A DNA stretch of 63,879 nt, the filler included, from Lama guanicoe (taxonomy: Eukaryota), in NCBI GenBank assembly GCA_013239625.1. It is 186 parts of 186 records of this genome, joined end to end, with 100 filler letters (N's around TTAATTAATTAA, not from the genome) between each part and the next. Parts side by side here need not be neighbours in the genome. Positions count along the whole stretch, not along the records: positions 23,734 to 23,977 come from PNXV01047129.1; positions 24,078 to 24,321 come from PNXV01047130.1; positions 24,422 to 24,665 come from PNXV01047131.1; positions 24,766 to 25,009 come from PNXV01047132.1; positions 25,110 to 25,353 come from PNXV01047133.1; positions 25,454 to 25,697 come from PNXV01047134.1; positions 25,798 to 26,041 come from PNXV01047135.1; positions 26,142 to 26,385 come from PNXV01047136.1; 178 more parts are not named here. One strand, given 5' to 3'. Both the position numbers and the translations under genes were made by a program. Positions within the stretch are counted from its first letter, which is position 1, and every line of letters starts with the position of its first letter. Below the pieces are notes generated by a model that saw nothing but the letters and a program-made list of their open reading frames with translations, made no database searches and was not told the origin of the DNA. This document shows, piece by piece, positions 23,634-36,345 of the stretch.

Positions 23634-24557
23634 NNNNNNNNNNNNNNNNNNNNNNNNNNNNNNNNNNNNNNNNNNNNTTAATTAATTAANNNNNNNNNNN
23701 NNNNNNNNNNNNNNNNNNNNNNNNNNNNNNNNNCCCTGACGGCTTCAGTGCTGTCAGGTATTTGGATTTACTAGCTTGTGTTCAGTTGTGCTTTTTCCTC
23801 CCCACTACCTTTTTTTGTTTTCTAAGTGTTGAGGCTTCCATCCAAGTCATCCTGCCAAAAAGATTCTCAAACATGTGTTTCCAACATATCTGAGTTCATG
23901 GCCAAATGCTCCGGATTCAGCTAAGAATTCATCTCCAAATTCACTTTGGTTATGGATTAATAGACAAGGGGACCTCCNNNNNNNNNNNNNNNNNNNNNNN
24001 NNNNNNNNNNNNNNNNNNNNNTTAATTAATTAANNNNNNNNNNNNNNNNNNNNNNNNNNNNNNNNNNNNNNNNNNNNAGTGTAAATGGTGCCTCCTCTGC
24101 AGGAGCATGTTCATACCTCCACGAGTAGTGGTTCTCTCTCTTCCTGTAGAATGGTGGTTGGGTTGAAGCATTTTGTCAGTACAATCAAATATTAGTGGCT
24201 TTCCTTAATTCCCAGAGGAAAAAATGAATTAACACATGAACTTGTTCTCAGGTTCCGGCTTTCTCTTCTATCCATGTGGGCGCGTTTGTCCTGCTGTTGC
24301 TGTCACTTTCCTGTGACAACCNNNNNNNNNNNNNNNNNNNNNNNNNNNNNNNNNNNNNNNNNNNNTTAATTAATTAANNNNNNNNNNNNNNNNNNNNNNN
24401 NNNNNNNNNNNNNNNNNNNNNCCCCAAGTTACTAACCCCTGTGAGAAGGAACACACATACCTCTATACATGTTATAAGCAACTAAATTAGCATTCTTTTA
24501 GCATCATCTGCATTAGCTAGCTTCTTTGAGAGTCCAAGTATCTCGTGTTAACTCTCT

Positions 24558-24659
24558 AAATAACTTATACATTACTCACATTGTAAAATGACTATAACTT
24601 AATCAAAAAAATTTAAAAAATAAAATTTAAAAAATTTAAAAAATAACTTACACATTACT
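24558..24659 (+). mobile_element. Extremely 5'-truncated L1 insertion (24577-24640) with 19-bp target-site duplication
   Basis: AAATAACTTATACATTACT (24558-24576) and AAATAACTTACACATTACT (24641-24659) flank CACATTGTAAAATGACTATAACTTAATC plus an A-rich tail; compare the L1 terminus at 52997-53030. Confidence 0.85.
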
Positions 24660-25797
24660 GTGGATNNNNNNNNNNNNNNNNNNNNNNNNNNNNNNNNNNN
24701 NNNNNNNNNTTAATTAATTAANNNNNNNNNNNNNNNNNNNNNNNNNNNNNNNNNNNNNNNNNNNNACCCTAAAAATGAGCAGTCTAAGAAGTGCTTTAGC
24801 TTTTTCATGTCAAGATACACGATATTCGGGGGGAAAAAAGTCTGGCCTTTGTGTGAGGTTGTCAATATAAACCTGCCAAGATTGTACAAATGAAAAAAGA
24901 AAAGTAATCAGCGCCTCTAAACTTTAAGACCCTTCGAGCTTGGGGCCCAGGAGAAGTGGCGTGATCAGCTCTGTGGCAGGAATGGGATGCGGGCACCACA
25001 AAACAAAGANNNNNNNNNNNNNNNNNNNNNNNNNNNNNNNNNNNNNNNNNNNNTTAATTAATTAANNNNNNNNNNNNNNNNNNNNNNNNNNNNNNNNNNN
25101 NNNNNNNNNTTTGCAGTCCCCTGGCCAGCTGGCTCCATCATTGCCTGTGTGACTGTGGTCGAGGCGGCACTCTGTCTAACCATTTGGAGCAGGAGTGAGG
25201 GAGTGGAGGGAGGGCCAAGCCTGACCCTCAAATCCTCCTTACAGACCTAAGCATTTTCCTGAACTGTGAAAAGCCATGATCCCTCTCAGGGGAAGGAGAG
25301 GGGCGGGTAGTCCAAGCCTAAATCTGGCTTTGTGCTTATTTCCTCCAGACCAGNNNNNNNNNNNNNNNNNNNNNNNNNNNNNNNNNNNNNNNNNNNNTTA
25401 ATTAATTAANNNNNNNNNNNNNNNNNNNNNNNNNNNNNNNNNNNNNNNNNNNNAAGATCAAGGAATACTTGTCAGGGAAGGTAATGCTTAAGCTAACTCT
25501 TACAGGATACACTTTAAATATTTCTATGAAAGAAACATTTCTCATTCAAAACCATAAATTTTCATCCCAAATAAAATCATTGACCATCTGTGGCATTTCC
25601 TTGGAACACAGTTGATACACAAACCTGAAAGTGTAGCTCATTCATGGTACAATTTAACTTTATATGTTGTAAATCAGTTTAACTTAGAGCACGGCATNNN
25701 NNNNNNNNNNNNNNNNNNNNNNNNNNNNNNNNNNNNNNNNNTTAATTAATTAANNNNNNNNNNNNNNNNNNNNNNNNNNNNNNNNNNNNNNNNNNNN

Positions 25798-26041
25798 CTC
25801 CCATATACCAAAGCCCCTCACCTCACTTATAGACAATCAGAAATCTGTTTCCCTATTCCTTTGTGTTCACACCCCTTCCCCATTAAAAGACCCTGCACAT
25901 TCACACTCAGTGGACATGCAGGCACCTCTTGCCTGTGTGATGCTCTGTTGCCTATAGCAGCATAACTATTAAGCCTTCCCTTTGTTCTCTGCACTGGAAG
26001 GCACCTCCTATACCTATTAAACAGTGTGCCTATTAAACTTC
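25798..26041 (+). mobile_element. Probable ERV LTR fragment (U3-R)
   Basis: CAATCAG, a TATA-like ATTAAAAGACCCTG and a later ATTAAG/ATTAAA in LTR-like order; family not identified. Confidence 0.4.
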
Positions 26042-26972
26042 NNNNNNNNNNNNNNNNNNNNNNNNNNNNNNNNNNNNNNNNNNNNTTAATTAATTAANNN
26101 NNNNNNNNNNNNNNNNNNNNNNNNNNNNNNNNNNNNNNNNNGGCGGCGGGTTTGGGGGGACCTGGAGGGCCGACTGCAGCCTTCGCCCAGGCTTTATTAA
26201 ACTCAAAATACAAAACATCCCAAACCTGACTGTCCAGGGACAAGTGGACCAGGACCGGCAGAAAACCCAGCCTGAAGAGGCCCAGAAAGAGAAGAGGAGG
26301 GAAGTGGGGCTGCTGCCTCCTCTGCTCTGTCGGTGTTGAAAAGACCTGGGTGGCTGCCCGGCTTAGCGGTACCAGCCCCGCTTATNNNNNNNNNNNNNNN
26401 NNNNNNNNNNNNNNNNNNNNNNNNNNNNNTTAATTAATTAANNNNNNNNNNNNNNNNNNNNNNNNNNNNNNNNNNNNNNNNNNNNCTCTGGGGGAGAAGG
26501 ACCGTCTGCATCCCGCGTGCCTGGAGCCTGGAGCGGGGGACCTGGTGACCAGAGGGGTCCCTGACCAGCCCTCGGCTCCCCTGACTCCCTCCCGCCCTCA
26601 CGCTTCCTGGGCTCCGCCTGGGGGCCGGGCGCCGGGGTTATACGCACGAGGTGGGGAGTGCCACTGGCTTCGGCGCCTCGCTGGCCTGCTGAGTCTGCAG
26701 GGAGCAGCTCTCCCACAGGGCGTCCCTGGNNNNNNNNNNNNNNNNNNNNNNNNNNNNNNNNNNNNNNNNNNNNTTAATTAATTAANNNNNNNNNNNNNNN
26801 NNNNNNNNNNNNNNNNNNNNNNNNNNNNNCTGCTGTTTTATTACATGTCCTCCAACAGAATACTTTTCTCATGAGGACCACAGTTAGACCAATCCTTCTA
26901 CCAGATACTTTGGAAATTTACCTCCTCTGTTCCTTGCTTCTGGTGACATCCATCTATCTTTTTACCCTCCAG

Positions 26973-27073
26973 GAAATCATAAAGAATAAGAAAGAGGATT
27001 TCTTGATGCAGAATGAAGAGACATCAATCAAATACTGCCAGACTAAACTTGATCAGCTTTCAAAGACACTAAT
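26973..27073 (+). CDS. GBP6: Guanylate-binding protein (GBP6-like, GBP4/6/7 clade) helical-domain exon, 5' part
   Basis: Acceptor TCTTTTTACCCTCCAG, then EIIKNKKEDFLMQNEETSIKYCQTKLDQLSKTL; similar to recalled GBP6 ETTMNKKGDFLLQNEESSVQYCQAKLNELSKGL. Confidence 0.8.
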
Positions 27074-28909
27074 NNNNNNNNNNNNNNNNNNNNNNNNNNN
27101 NNNNNNNNNNNNNNNNNTTAATTAATTAANNNNNNNNNNNNNNNNNNNNNNNNNNNNNNNNNNNNNNNNNNNNGATTATACAAGTTAAAACTCCTAATCA
27201 TCTTCATAATTCACTGAAATGATTCTGTTCAAAATTAAAATTTGTCTTTTGCACAGCAGTTTCTTCAAGAAAAATATAAACACTTCGATTAAAACAAGAT
27301 TATCCCAAAGTTTCCACATGTAGAAAATAACCATGGATTTCCCTGATCATCAAATTCTTCCCAGCTGTTTCTTCCTAGCAGACAGATTCCCCGAAAAGAA
27401 ACACTTAAATCTTTGCTNNNNNNNNNNNNNNNNNNNNNNNNNNNNNNNNNNNNNNNNNNNNTTAATTAATTAANNNNNNNNNNNNNNNNNNNNNNNNNNN
27501 NNNNNNNNNNNNNNNNNGAGATAAAAATGGAATCTCGTTTTAATTTCCTTTTCTCTGATCACTGGTAGAGTTGAGCTTTCTTATGTTGTTTGTTTGTTAC
27601 TTGTACGTGCCTTGTATGTCTTCCTTATTTAGCCATCAGAATTCTTTGTCGGGGGCATTACCCCTCATTTCCGTTACGTATGTTGCAGGTATCTTCTTTC
27701 ATTCTATTCTTTTCTTACAGATTCACTTACGGTATCTTGTACTATTATATGACACTAAATCNNNNNNNNNNNNNNNNNNNNNNNNNNNNNNNNNNNNNNN
27801 NNNNNTTAATTAATTAANNNNNNNNNNNNNNNNNNNNNNNNNNNNNNNNNNNNNNNNNNNNCATCCTGCCCCTGGCAGGGTGAGGGGGTCAGCCCCGGGT
27901 AGGGGTGCACTGGCAGTGAGGGGGGAATCCTACAGTGACGGGGGACAGGCTGCGGGGTGACAGGCCGCTGGGAATGGAAGTGACCCAGCTGAGGAGTGAG
28001 GTGGCCATCCCTGGGTGAGGGGCGCTCGGAGTTGGGGGGATCTGGCTGAGGGGTAGGGGGTAATCCCGAGAATAGGGGATCATCTCTGGATGGTGGGGGG
28101 ACCTGNNNNNNNNNNNNNNNNNNNNNNNNNNNNNNNNNNNNNNNNNNNNTTAATTAATTAANNNNNNNNNNNNNNNNNNNNNNNNNNNNNNNNNNNNNNN
28201 NNNNNAGGCCCACTTCCCCTCATCTCCATGTCGGGGAAGGTGGACTTGAGGGGAGGTGTCCCTTCTGGGCAGGAATAGGTTGTTGAGCACTTGATAACAC
28301 GGCCAGACCCAAGGACAGGGCTGATAAGGGGGAAAGAGGACTCCTGAGGGGCATTGTATCTGTGTCAATGGGAACACAAGGCCCCCACTTTGTCAGCTTC
28401 TTTGTCCCTGAAGGAGGTTTGTGCAGACAGTGGTGTATGTGTGTCAGGANNNNNNNNNNNNNNNNNNNNNNNNNNNNNNNNNNNNNNNNNNNNTTAATTA
28501 ATTAANNNNNNNNNNNNNNNNNNNNNNNNNNNNNNNNNNNNNNNNNNNNAAGTCTTTCTGATTTCATTCTTTCTCTATAAAACACATGTAACTATATTCA
28601 TATGGTTATATATGTATATAGTTAGTCCTATTTGTATACCCATGTGGATGGAGCTGTTACTCCAATCACTCGGAATTAATTTTACCCAAGGTGGTCTACA
28701 AATTCAATGCAATAACTTTCAAAATAACAAGGGGATTTTTCACAGACCTTGAATAAGTTATTAAAGTTTGTGTGGAAACACAGAAGAATCCAANNNNNNN
28801 NNNNNNNNNNNNNNNNNNNNNNNNNNNNNNNNNNNNNTTAATTAATTAANNNNNNNNNNNNNNNNNNNNNNNNNNNNNNNNNNNNNNNNNNNNAGAAATA
28901 AATTATTGT

Positions 28910-29137
28910 TGAGTTTTTTAATTGAATAATAGTCGCTGTACACTATTGTATGCTACAGGTGTACAATATAGTGAGTCACAGTTTTTAAAGGTGATAGTCC
29001 ATTCATAGTTATTATAAAATATTGGTGATATTCCCCATGTTGTACAATATACTTTTGTAGCTTATTTATACCTAATAGTTTGTGCCTGTTATTCCTCTAC
29101 CCTTATATTGCCCTTCCCCTTCCCTCTGCCCACTGTA
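28910..29137 (-). mobile_element. LINE-1 3' terminal fragment
   Basis: TTTTTTAATTGAATAATAGTCG...TACAGGTGTACAATATAGTGA...GTTATTATAAAATATTGG...CCCCATGTTGTACAATATA. Confidence 0.88.
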
Positions 29138-30613
29138 NNNNNNNNNNNNNNNNNNNNNNNNNNNNNNNNNNNNNNNNNNNNTTAATTAATTAANNNNNNN
29201 NNNNNNNNNNNNNNNNNNNNNNNNNNNNNNNNNNNNNGGTGAGCATCCCAGGAGGCGGGGAAAGAAGAGCAAAGAGCCGGAGTCAGTGGATGCTCGGCAC
29301 GCACGAAGCCCAGCAAGGAGCGCCGTGTGTCCTGGAGTGAGCGGGCCAGCGCGACGGGAGGCAGGTCCGAGCAGTGACGGCGCGTCACCTGGAGTCCTCG
29401 AGGGCTTTGGCTGAATGAGATGCCAGCCACGCAGGGCTCGGGGCAGAAGAGGGACAAGGGCGACTTGGGTTTTTAAAGGCTNNNNNNNNNNNNNNNNNNN
29501 NNNNNNNNNNNNNNNNNNNNNNNNNTTAATTAATTAANNNNNNNNNNNNNNNNNNNNNNNNNNNNNNNNNNNNNNNNNNNNTTCTTTCTTGCCAAGGCGA
29601 CAGTGGAAAAATCTAAGTATCTCGACTCATTTTTTGATGGCTTGTAGCCATATAGCTAGATCAGAACCTGGGGTGATGTGTAGGTCACCTGTACCTGACA
29701 GTCACCCCAAATTCTCCGGAGCCAGAAAGGAAGTCTGGCAGAAGCAGTCTTAGCAGGAAGGGGTTAAACAGCTTCCTCCTTTCCCTAAGACCAAGGAGGA
29801 AATTTGACCTGGACCGCAAAGTGTTNNNNNNNNNNNNNNNNNNNNNNNNNNNNNNNNNNNNNNNNNNNNTTAATTAATTAANNNNNNNNNNNNNNNNNNN
29901 NNNNNNNNNNNNNNNNNNNNNNNNNTCCGCAGTGCGACGTATGTGACGTATGTCCCTAGATACGTTGTTCTCTTCTGAGGCTCTTTATGTTGTTTTATTT
30001 TACTTACCCTTCATCAGTCTTGCCGGGTGTTTATTTGTTTGAGTGTTTTCTAAGAGCTCTGACTTCGTTAGTCCTGTTACCTTTTTTTCTACTTCATGCG
30101 TTTCTGTTCTTTATTATCTCCTACTTTCTTTGGGTTTACTGTTATTTATTATCTTTCTAACTTAACAGGNNNNNNNNNNNNNNNNNNNNNNNNNNNNNNN
30201 NNNNNNNNNNNNNTTAATTAATTAANNNNNNNNNNNNNNNNNNNNNNNNNNNNNNNNNNNNNNNNNNNNTACGTGAACCCTTTGTGCGATGAGTTCCAAA
30301 GGCACCTGGTTTCCACGTGATGGAGGTGAAACTTACGTATGTGGGAAGTATGGAGCAGGTTACAGCTCTCAGATGAGCCTCTCATGCATGGATTTGCTCC
30401 TGTGGCAGAGCACAGCTTTGCCCAAGGTTATACCTCCTTCCGGGGTCAGCCCACAGCTAGTGACACAGTCAGTTTGGGAGGATAAAGCCTCAGCCAGCTC
30501 CCATCAATGTGGGNNNNNNNNNNNNNNNNNNNNNNNNNNNNNNNNNNNNNNNNNNNNTTAATTAATTAANNNNNNNNNNNNNNNNNNNNNNNNNNNNNNN
30601 NNNNNNNNNNNNN

Positions 30614-30857
30614 TCCATGCCTCTCACCCAGCTTCCGGCGGCTGGCTGTCAATCCTCGGTGTGCCTTGGCTTGTAGAAGCGTGACTTTAATCTCTGCCTT
30701 CATCTTCACATAGAGTTCTCCCTGTGTGCATATCTGTCTCATTTCCTCTTTCTGTAAGGAATTCAGTCTTATTGGATTAGAGCCCACCCTCAGGACCTCA
30801 TTTTAACTTGATTACCTTTCTAAAGACTCTATGTCCAAATAGGTCACATTCTGAAGG
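30614..30857 (-). mobile_element. MaLR LTR (MLT1B/C-like)
   Basis: CCTTGGCTTGTAGA...AATCTCTGCCTTCATCTTCACAT...ATTGGATTAGAGCCCACCCT...GACCTCATTTTAACTTGATTAC...CCAAATAGGTCACATTCTGA. Confidence 0.88.
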
Positions 30858-32809
30858 NNNNNNNNNNNNNNNNNNNNNNNNNNNNNNNNNNNNNNNNNNN
30901 NTTAATTAATTAANNNNNNNNNNNNNNNNNNNNNNNNNNNNNNNNNNNNNNNNNNNNTTCAGAGGCTTCCGTTTGCTGTCTCCTAAAAAGGGGCAGCTTA
31001 CCTCAACGAATTATTTTTTGGATTGTAAAAGCACGTTTTCCATCCGTGGAGTCCCAGCTCTGTGTATCTTTATGGGTTAAGCGCTCTTTCAGGGGTTTTA
31101 TGGCACATGCGACTATCTTTGTACTGTTCTCTATTTGCAGGTCGTAACCCAACTAACAGATAAAGCAGCTGGAATCTAAAGTGCTAAAGCTTACAGTTGA
31201 CNNNNNNNNNNNNNNNNNNNNNNNNNNNNNNNNNNNNNNNNNNNNTTAATTAATTAANNNNNNNNNNNNNNNNNNNNNNNNNNNNNNNNNNNNNNNNNNN
31301 NAGACTGTCAGCTGCCCTCCCTCCAGGACTCTCTAAAGCATCTCCAAACCTGCCCTGGGACTCGAGGCCTGAACTACATTTGTCCCACAAACCCAAGGCT
31401 GGCTGATGTGGCAAGTATTGGCAGGTTCAGAATCCTCTTGGGGCAGCAGAACTGGCCTGGATCCTTCGGGTCCACGCGCACTACTTTAGAACATTCCCTG
31501 GGTGGCTGCCCGTAGTGTTTGGATCTTTGCTTAGAATGTGTTTACNNNNNNNNNNNNNNNNNNNNNNNNNNNNNNNNNNNNNNNNNNNNTTAATTAATTA
31601 ANNNNNNNNNNNNNNNNNNNNNNNNNNNNNNNNNNNNNNNNNNNNAGGCTCTGTCTTAGGGCAGAGGATGGCATGACTGAGGCCCCCCGCTGTGTGGCTG
31701 GTGGTCCATCCCTTCTCAGGCACTGGAGGTCAGGCCTCATCCTCTCTCTCTTGACCCAGAAACAGCCTCCTTGCCTCTGGCCTCTCCTGTCTGAGCTGTC
31801 CTCCGCAGGCAGCGGGGAGGGTCTCTCCCCGTGCTCACTTGGCTCCCTGCTTCCAGCCCTTCTCTGTCTCCCTTGTTCTCCGGGGTGAANNNNNNNNNNN
31901 NNNNNNNNNNNNNNNNNNNNNNNNNNNNNNNNNTTAATTAATTAANNNNNNNNNNNNNNNNNNNNNNNNNNNNNNNNNNNNNNNNNNNNTTTGAAATCCG
32001 TAGATCACACTGGTATTTCCCCTCTGGAACTTGTTCTGTGCAGGCCTTGTTTCAGGAGTGCTAGTCTGTCTCCCTCTTATGGAGAAAGCACTGCCTTGAA
32101 TCTTTTGCATTAATTGACATGCTATTAAAGGAGAAATATGTACAGTCTAGGTGACAATTAGACAATTTAAAAAATGTAATTCCCCCCTTCATTATATGAG
32201 CAGTCTTTTGAGCAATGATATTTCACAGGAACANNNNNNNNNNNNNNNNNNNNNNNNNNNNNNNNNNNNNNNNNNNNTTAATTAATTAANNNNNNNNNNN
32301 NNNNNNNNNNNNNNNNNNNNNNNNNNNNNNNNNTTGTGTGTATGGGGGCACGCAAACCAATTTAAAACCTGAAATCACAGTTGGGAAGATAAATCTTCTG
32401 CAAGTATGGTCTCTCCATGTCAAAATGAAGTAGAAACCCATTTCCGTTTTGAAAATCTTCTAAGTTATCTATATCACTGTATCTTTTTGAATTAGAGTTC
32501 CCTCTGAATAATATACCCAGGAGTGGGATTGCTGGATGATATAGTAAGTCTATTTTTAGTTTTTTGAGGAGTCCCCANNNNNNNNNNNNNNNNNNNNNNN
32601 NNNNNNNNNNNNNNNNNNNNNTTAATTAATTAANNNNNNNNNNNNNNNNNNNNNNNNNNNNNNNNNNNNNNNNNNNNGGGGGGGCGAGGTGACAGTAAAA
32701 GAAAGGCCTAGAAACCGGAGCGCTTTTAGGTTTTGACTGTGTCTTCAGATTTGTGGACCCACAAATTGTGGATCTCGCAGAGTACCAGGGAGGAGAGTGC
32801 TAAACACAT

Positions 32810-32905
32810 TTTTATTGCTGTGACTCAATCCTGCTGTTTTAATGCAAAACTAGCCATACACAGTTTGTAAACAAGTGTGACTTTCTGTTCCAATAAAACT
32901 TCATT
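32810..32905. mobile_element. MER58-like hAT fragment
   Basis: GACTCAATCCTGCTGTTTTAATGCAAAACTAGCCATA...TGTTCCAATAAAACTTCATT. Confidence 0.6.
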
Positions 32906-34741
32906 GAGAGGATGGAAAAAANNNNNNNNNNNNNNNNNNNNNNNNNNNNNNNNNNNNNNNNNNNNTTAATTAATTAANNNNNNNNNNNNNNNNNNNNNNN
33001 NNNNNNNNNNNNNNNNNNNNNTCCTCAGCACCCGTTTTAGTGTAGTTTTTTTTTTCTCCCCTTGATGCTCAACTGTGCGACATAATTATATTATGAAAAA
33101 ATTGCAGCCCTTTTCTCTGAGAATTAAGCACACATTTCAATGCTTAGTACCACTGGTGATAGGAGTTGTGGTTCTGCTGGAACAAGTGGGCCAAGTGCTG
33201 TGCTGGGCACTGCTTCGGTTGGACAAGCTAGGGGTGAGGGGTGAGGAGAAGTGTTGGGGGCGCCCNNNNNNNNNNNNNNNNNNNNNNNNNNNNNNNNNNN
33301 NNNNNNNNNTTAATTAATTAANNNNNNNNNNNNNNNNNNNNNNNNNNNNNNNNNNNNNNNNNNNNATATATATATATATATCCCAGAGATTTCAATCTTT
33401 AAAGACTAGAGAGCTTTTCAAAATACAAAAGAAACCAAAAATAAAATAGCCATTTGTTCTTGAAGAGTTGCCAGAACTCAAAATGTAAAATCCAGTTTTG
33501 CAGTATGTTCTGGTTATATGATCCAGACTTTAGAAGACTGTTGGGACAGCTCGCAGAGCCGCAGTCCAGTGGGCAGCCCGTGCCCCGAGCTATCCGCCTC
33601 CCCCCGCCCNNNNNNNNNNNNNNNNNNNNNNNNNNNNNNNNNNNNNNNNNNNNTTAATTAATTAANNNNNNNNNNNNNNNNNNNNNNNNNNNNNNNNNNN
33701 NNNNNNNNNCGCTGGATCCCAGGGTGGCTGATTGAGGGAACTGAGGTGTCCTTGAACTGGTTTTAACCCACTCAAGTTTAAATCCATGGTGAGCAGGATT
33801 GGGGCCCAGGGGGCCCTGAGGCTGGTTCTTGCCTTCTGGTAGGTGGGGCCAGGTCCTGACAGGACTTGATGCAGGCCTCTGGGTGTTCCAGGGCTAGTAC
33901 CAGCCAGCCAGCTGGTGGGGTTAGTTACTGGGCCCTCTGGTGATCAGTGCCATNNNNNNNNNNNNNNNNNNNNNNNNNNNNNNNNNNNNNNNNNNNNTTA
34001 ATTAATTAANNNNNNNNNNNNNNNNNNNNNNNNNNNNNNNNNNNNNNNNNNNNCTGACCCCAGGAGTTTGGGGAAAGGATCCCGGTGTGCCCCAGGACTG
34101 AACTAAACATGTCGTAGAACTTACTTTGTCACGAGATGAATTTCAGAAACAGAATTGCCGGCGCAAAGGTCATGCTAATTTTATATTCGAATAAATGCTG
34201 TTGGTCCCCCAAAGGTTGTCCAGATACAATCAGCCATCAGGGCGTCAGGGCAGCTGCTTCCGACCACCCTCACCAGCGCTGGGTGTCATGCTGTCATNNN
34301 NNNNNNNNNNNNNNNNNNNNNNNNNNNNNNNNNNNNNNNNNTTAATTAATTAANNNNNNNNNNNNNNNNNNNNNNNNNNNNNNNNNNNNNNNNNNNNAGA
34401 CCCAGGACAGCAAAATCATCCTTGCCTCTCATTGTTTACAGTATGGAAGGAGGATGAATGTTTTTGGAGAACCATTTGGGGACTTTCATAATATTTTTCT
34501 GCCATCCTGGTTGCGATGGATGTAACCCAGATATCAGTGGGGGAAATTTCTACGTCTGAGAGAAGATATTAATGGGCCCGTGTCTTTTCAATTCCCTGTC
34601 TAATGGAATGAGGGGCCTAACTGGTAGATGAAAATTTATTANNNNNNNNNNNNNNNNNNNNNNNNNNNNNNNNNNNNNNNNNNNNTTAATTAATTAANNN
34701 NNNNNNNNNNNNNNNNNNNNNNNNNNNNNNNNNNNNNNNNN

Positions 34742-34985
34742 TCACATGCTAGGGCATAAAATAAGCCTTGGCAAATTTAAGAAAATTGAAGTCACATCAA
34801 GCATCTTTTTCAACTATAACACTATGAGACTAGAAATCAACTACAAGGAAAAAACTGTAAAAAACAAAACATGTGAAGGCTAAACAATATGTTAACAAAC
34901 AACCAGTGGATCACTGAAGAAATCAAAAAGGAAACAAAAAAATGCCTGGAAATAAAAAAATAAATGCCTAGAGACAAATAAAAAC
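34742..34985 (+). mobile_element. LINE-1 ORF2 fragment (end of endonuclease domain), disrupted
   Basis: CACATGCTAGGGCATAAAA...AAATTTAAGAAAATTGAA...TGAGACTAGAAATCAACTACAAG...CAACCAGTGGATCACTGAAGAAATCAAA. Confidence 0.9.
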
Positions 34986-36117
34986 NNNNNNNNNNNNNNN
35001 NNNNNNNNNNNNNNNNNNNNNNNNNNNNNTTAATTAATTAANNNNNNNNNNNNNNNNNNNNNNNNNNNNNNNNNNNNNNNNNNNNCAGGACACAAGCATA
35101 GCCAGCAATCTTTAGCCAGGTCTGGATTGGAATGTTTGAGAATCCCATGGACTGCAGCAAACAGCCCATTTATTTGTGGATCCAGATCCCGAGGCTTGGC
35201 TAAAGATGGAAGTTTTATTGGCTTCCATGTAGGTAATAACTTCTAGTGTTGCCTCTGGACTGCTTGTTGAACAGCTTGCTGGCATGCCTGGTCCTGTACC
35301 CCTCCTCCATCACTCATCCCATAATGTGTNNNNNNNNNNNNNNNNNNNNNNNNNNNNNNNNNNNNNNNNNNNNTTAATTAATTAANNNNNNNNNNNNNNN
35401 NNNNNNNNNNNNNNNNNNNNNNNNNNNNNTTTGCCGGGCAGTGTCTTAGTGGAACTTTGTTTGAATGAGGTTGGACACGTAAATAATTGGTGATAATTAC
35501 AAATATCATGGGTGAGATTTAAATAAACAAGGGTTTAAAACATCTTCTGTGGCCCATATAATCTAAGTTTCAGCAATGTTGGAAGAATTTTTGTCTTGCC
35601 TGTATTGTTCAACAGTCGCCAAGGAAAACTCACAAAGGCTAATATTTCTCTACTAAGACATTAAGACTATGTGNNNNNNNNNNNNNNNNNNNNNNNNNNN
35701 NNNNNNNNNNNNNNNNNTTAATTAATTAANNNNNNNNNNNNNNNNNNNNNNNNNNNNNNNNNNNNNNNNNNNNAAGTAACTTTCAGCTTTTAACTGTGAT
35801 GATCTCATTTGTAAAAAAGGAGATGATGATAGAACCTTCTTAGTGTAAAGCCAGGATGATTTCGCTCCTGCAAAGAGCTTAGAACACTGCACAGCCCAGA
35901 TTCAAGAAGAGGAAAATAGATTTTTTTTTTCTCTCAATGGAGAAGTCAAATTGTAAAAGAGCAAGGAAGATGGGAGATGTTATGGCTGTCTTCTGAAACA
36001 CAGTCTGCCACAGAAAGNNNNNNNNNNNNNNNNNNNNNNNNNNNNNNNNNNNNNNNNNNNNTTAATTAATTAANNNNNNNNNNNNNNNNNNNNNNNNNNN
36101 NNNNNNNNNNNNNNNNN

Positions 36118-36345
36118 AAACTTTTGAAGTGGGGCCCTGTAATTTGTGTTTTTAGCAAGATTTCCAGATGATTCTGATGCACATGAAATCTGAGAACCAC
36201 AATGGCTGTTCTTTAGAATCACCTTTGGGAGCTTGCAAAAACCCTGACAGCCAGGTTGCACCCCCAGCATGGAGGACCCGGGGGTCACTGATTTGACAAG
36301 TTCCCAGGTGACTCTAACATGCAGCTGCAGCTGAGAGCCATGTTC
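36118..36345. mobile_element. Two MER5A-like MITE fragments in tandem
   Basis: GTGGGGCCCTGTAATTTGTGTTTTTAGCAAGATTTCCAGATGATTCTGATGC...TGAGAACCAC, followed by TTAGAATCACCT...ACAAGTTCCCAGGTGACTCT...TGAGAGCCA. Confidence 0.75.
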
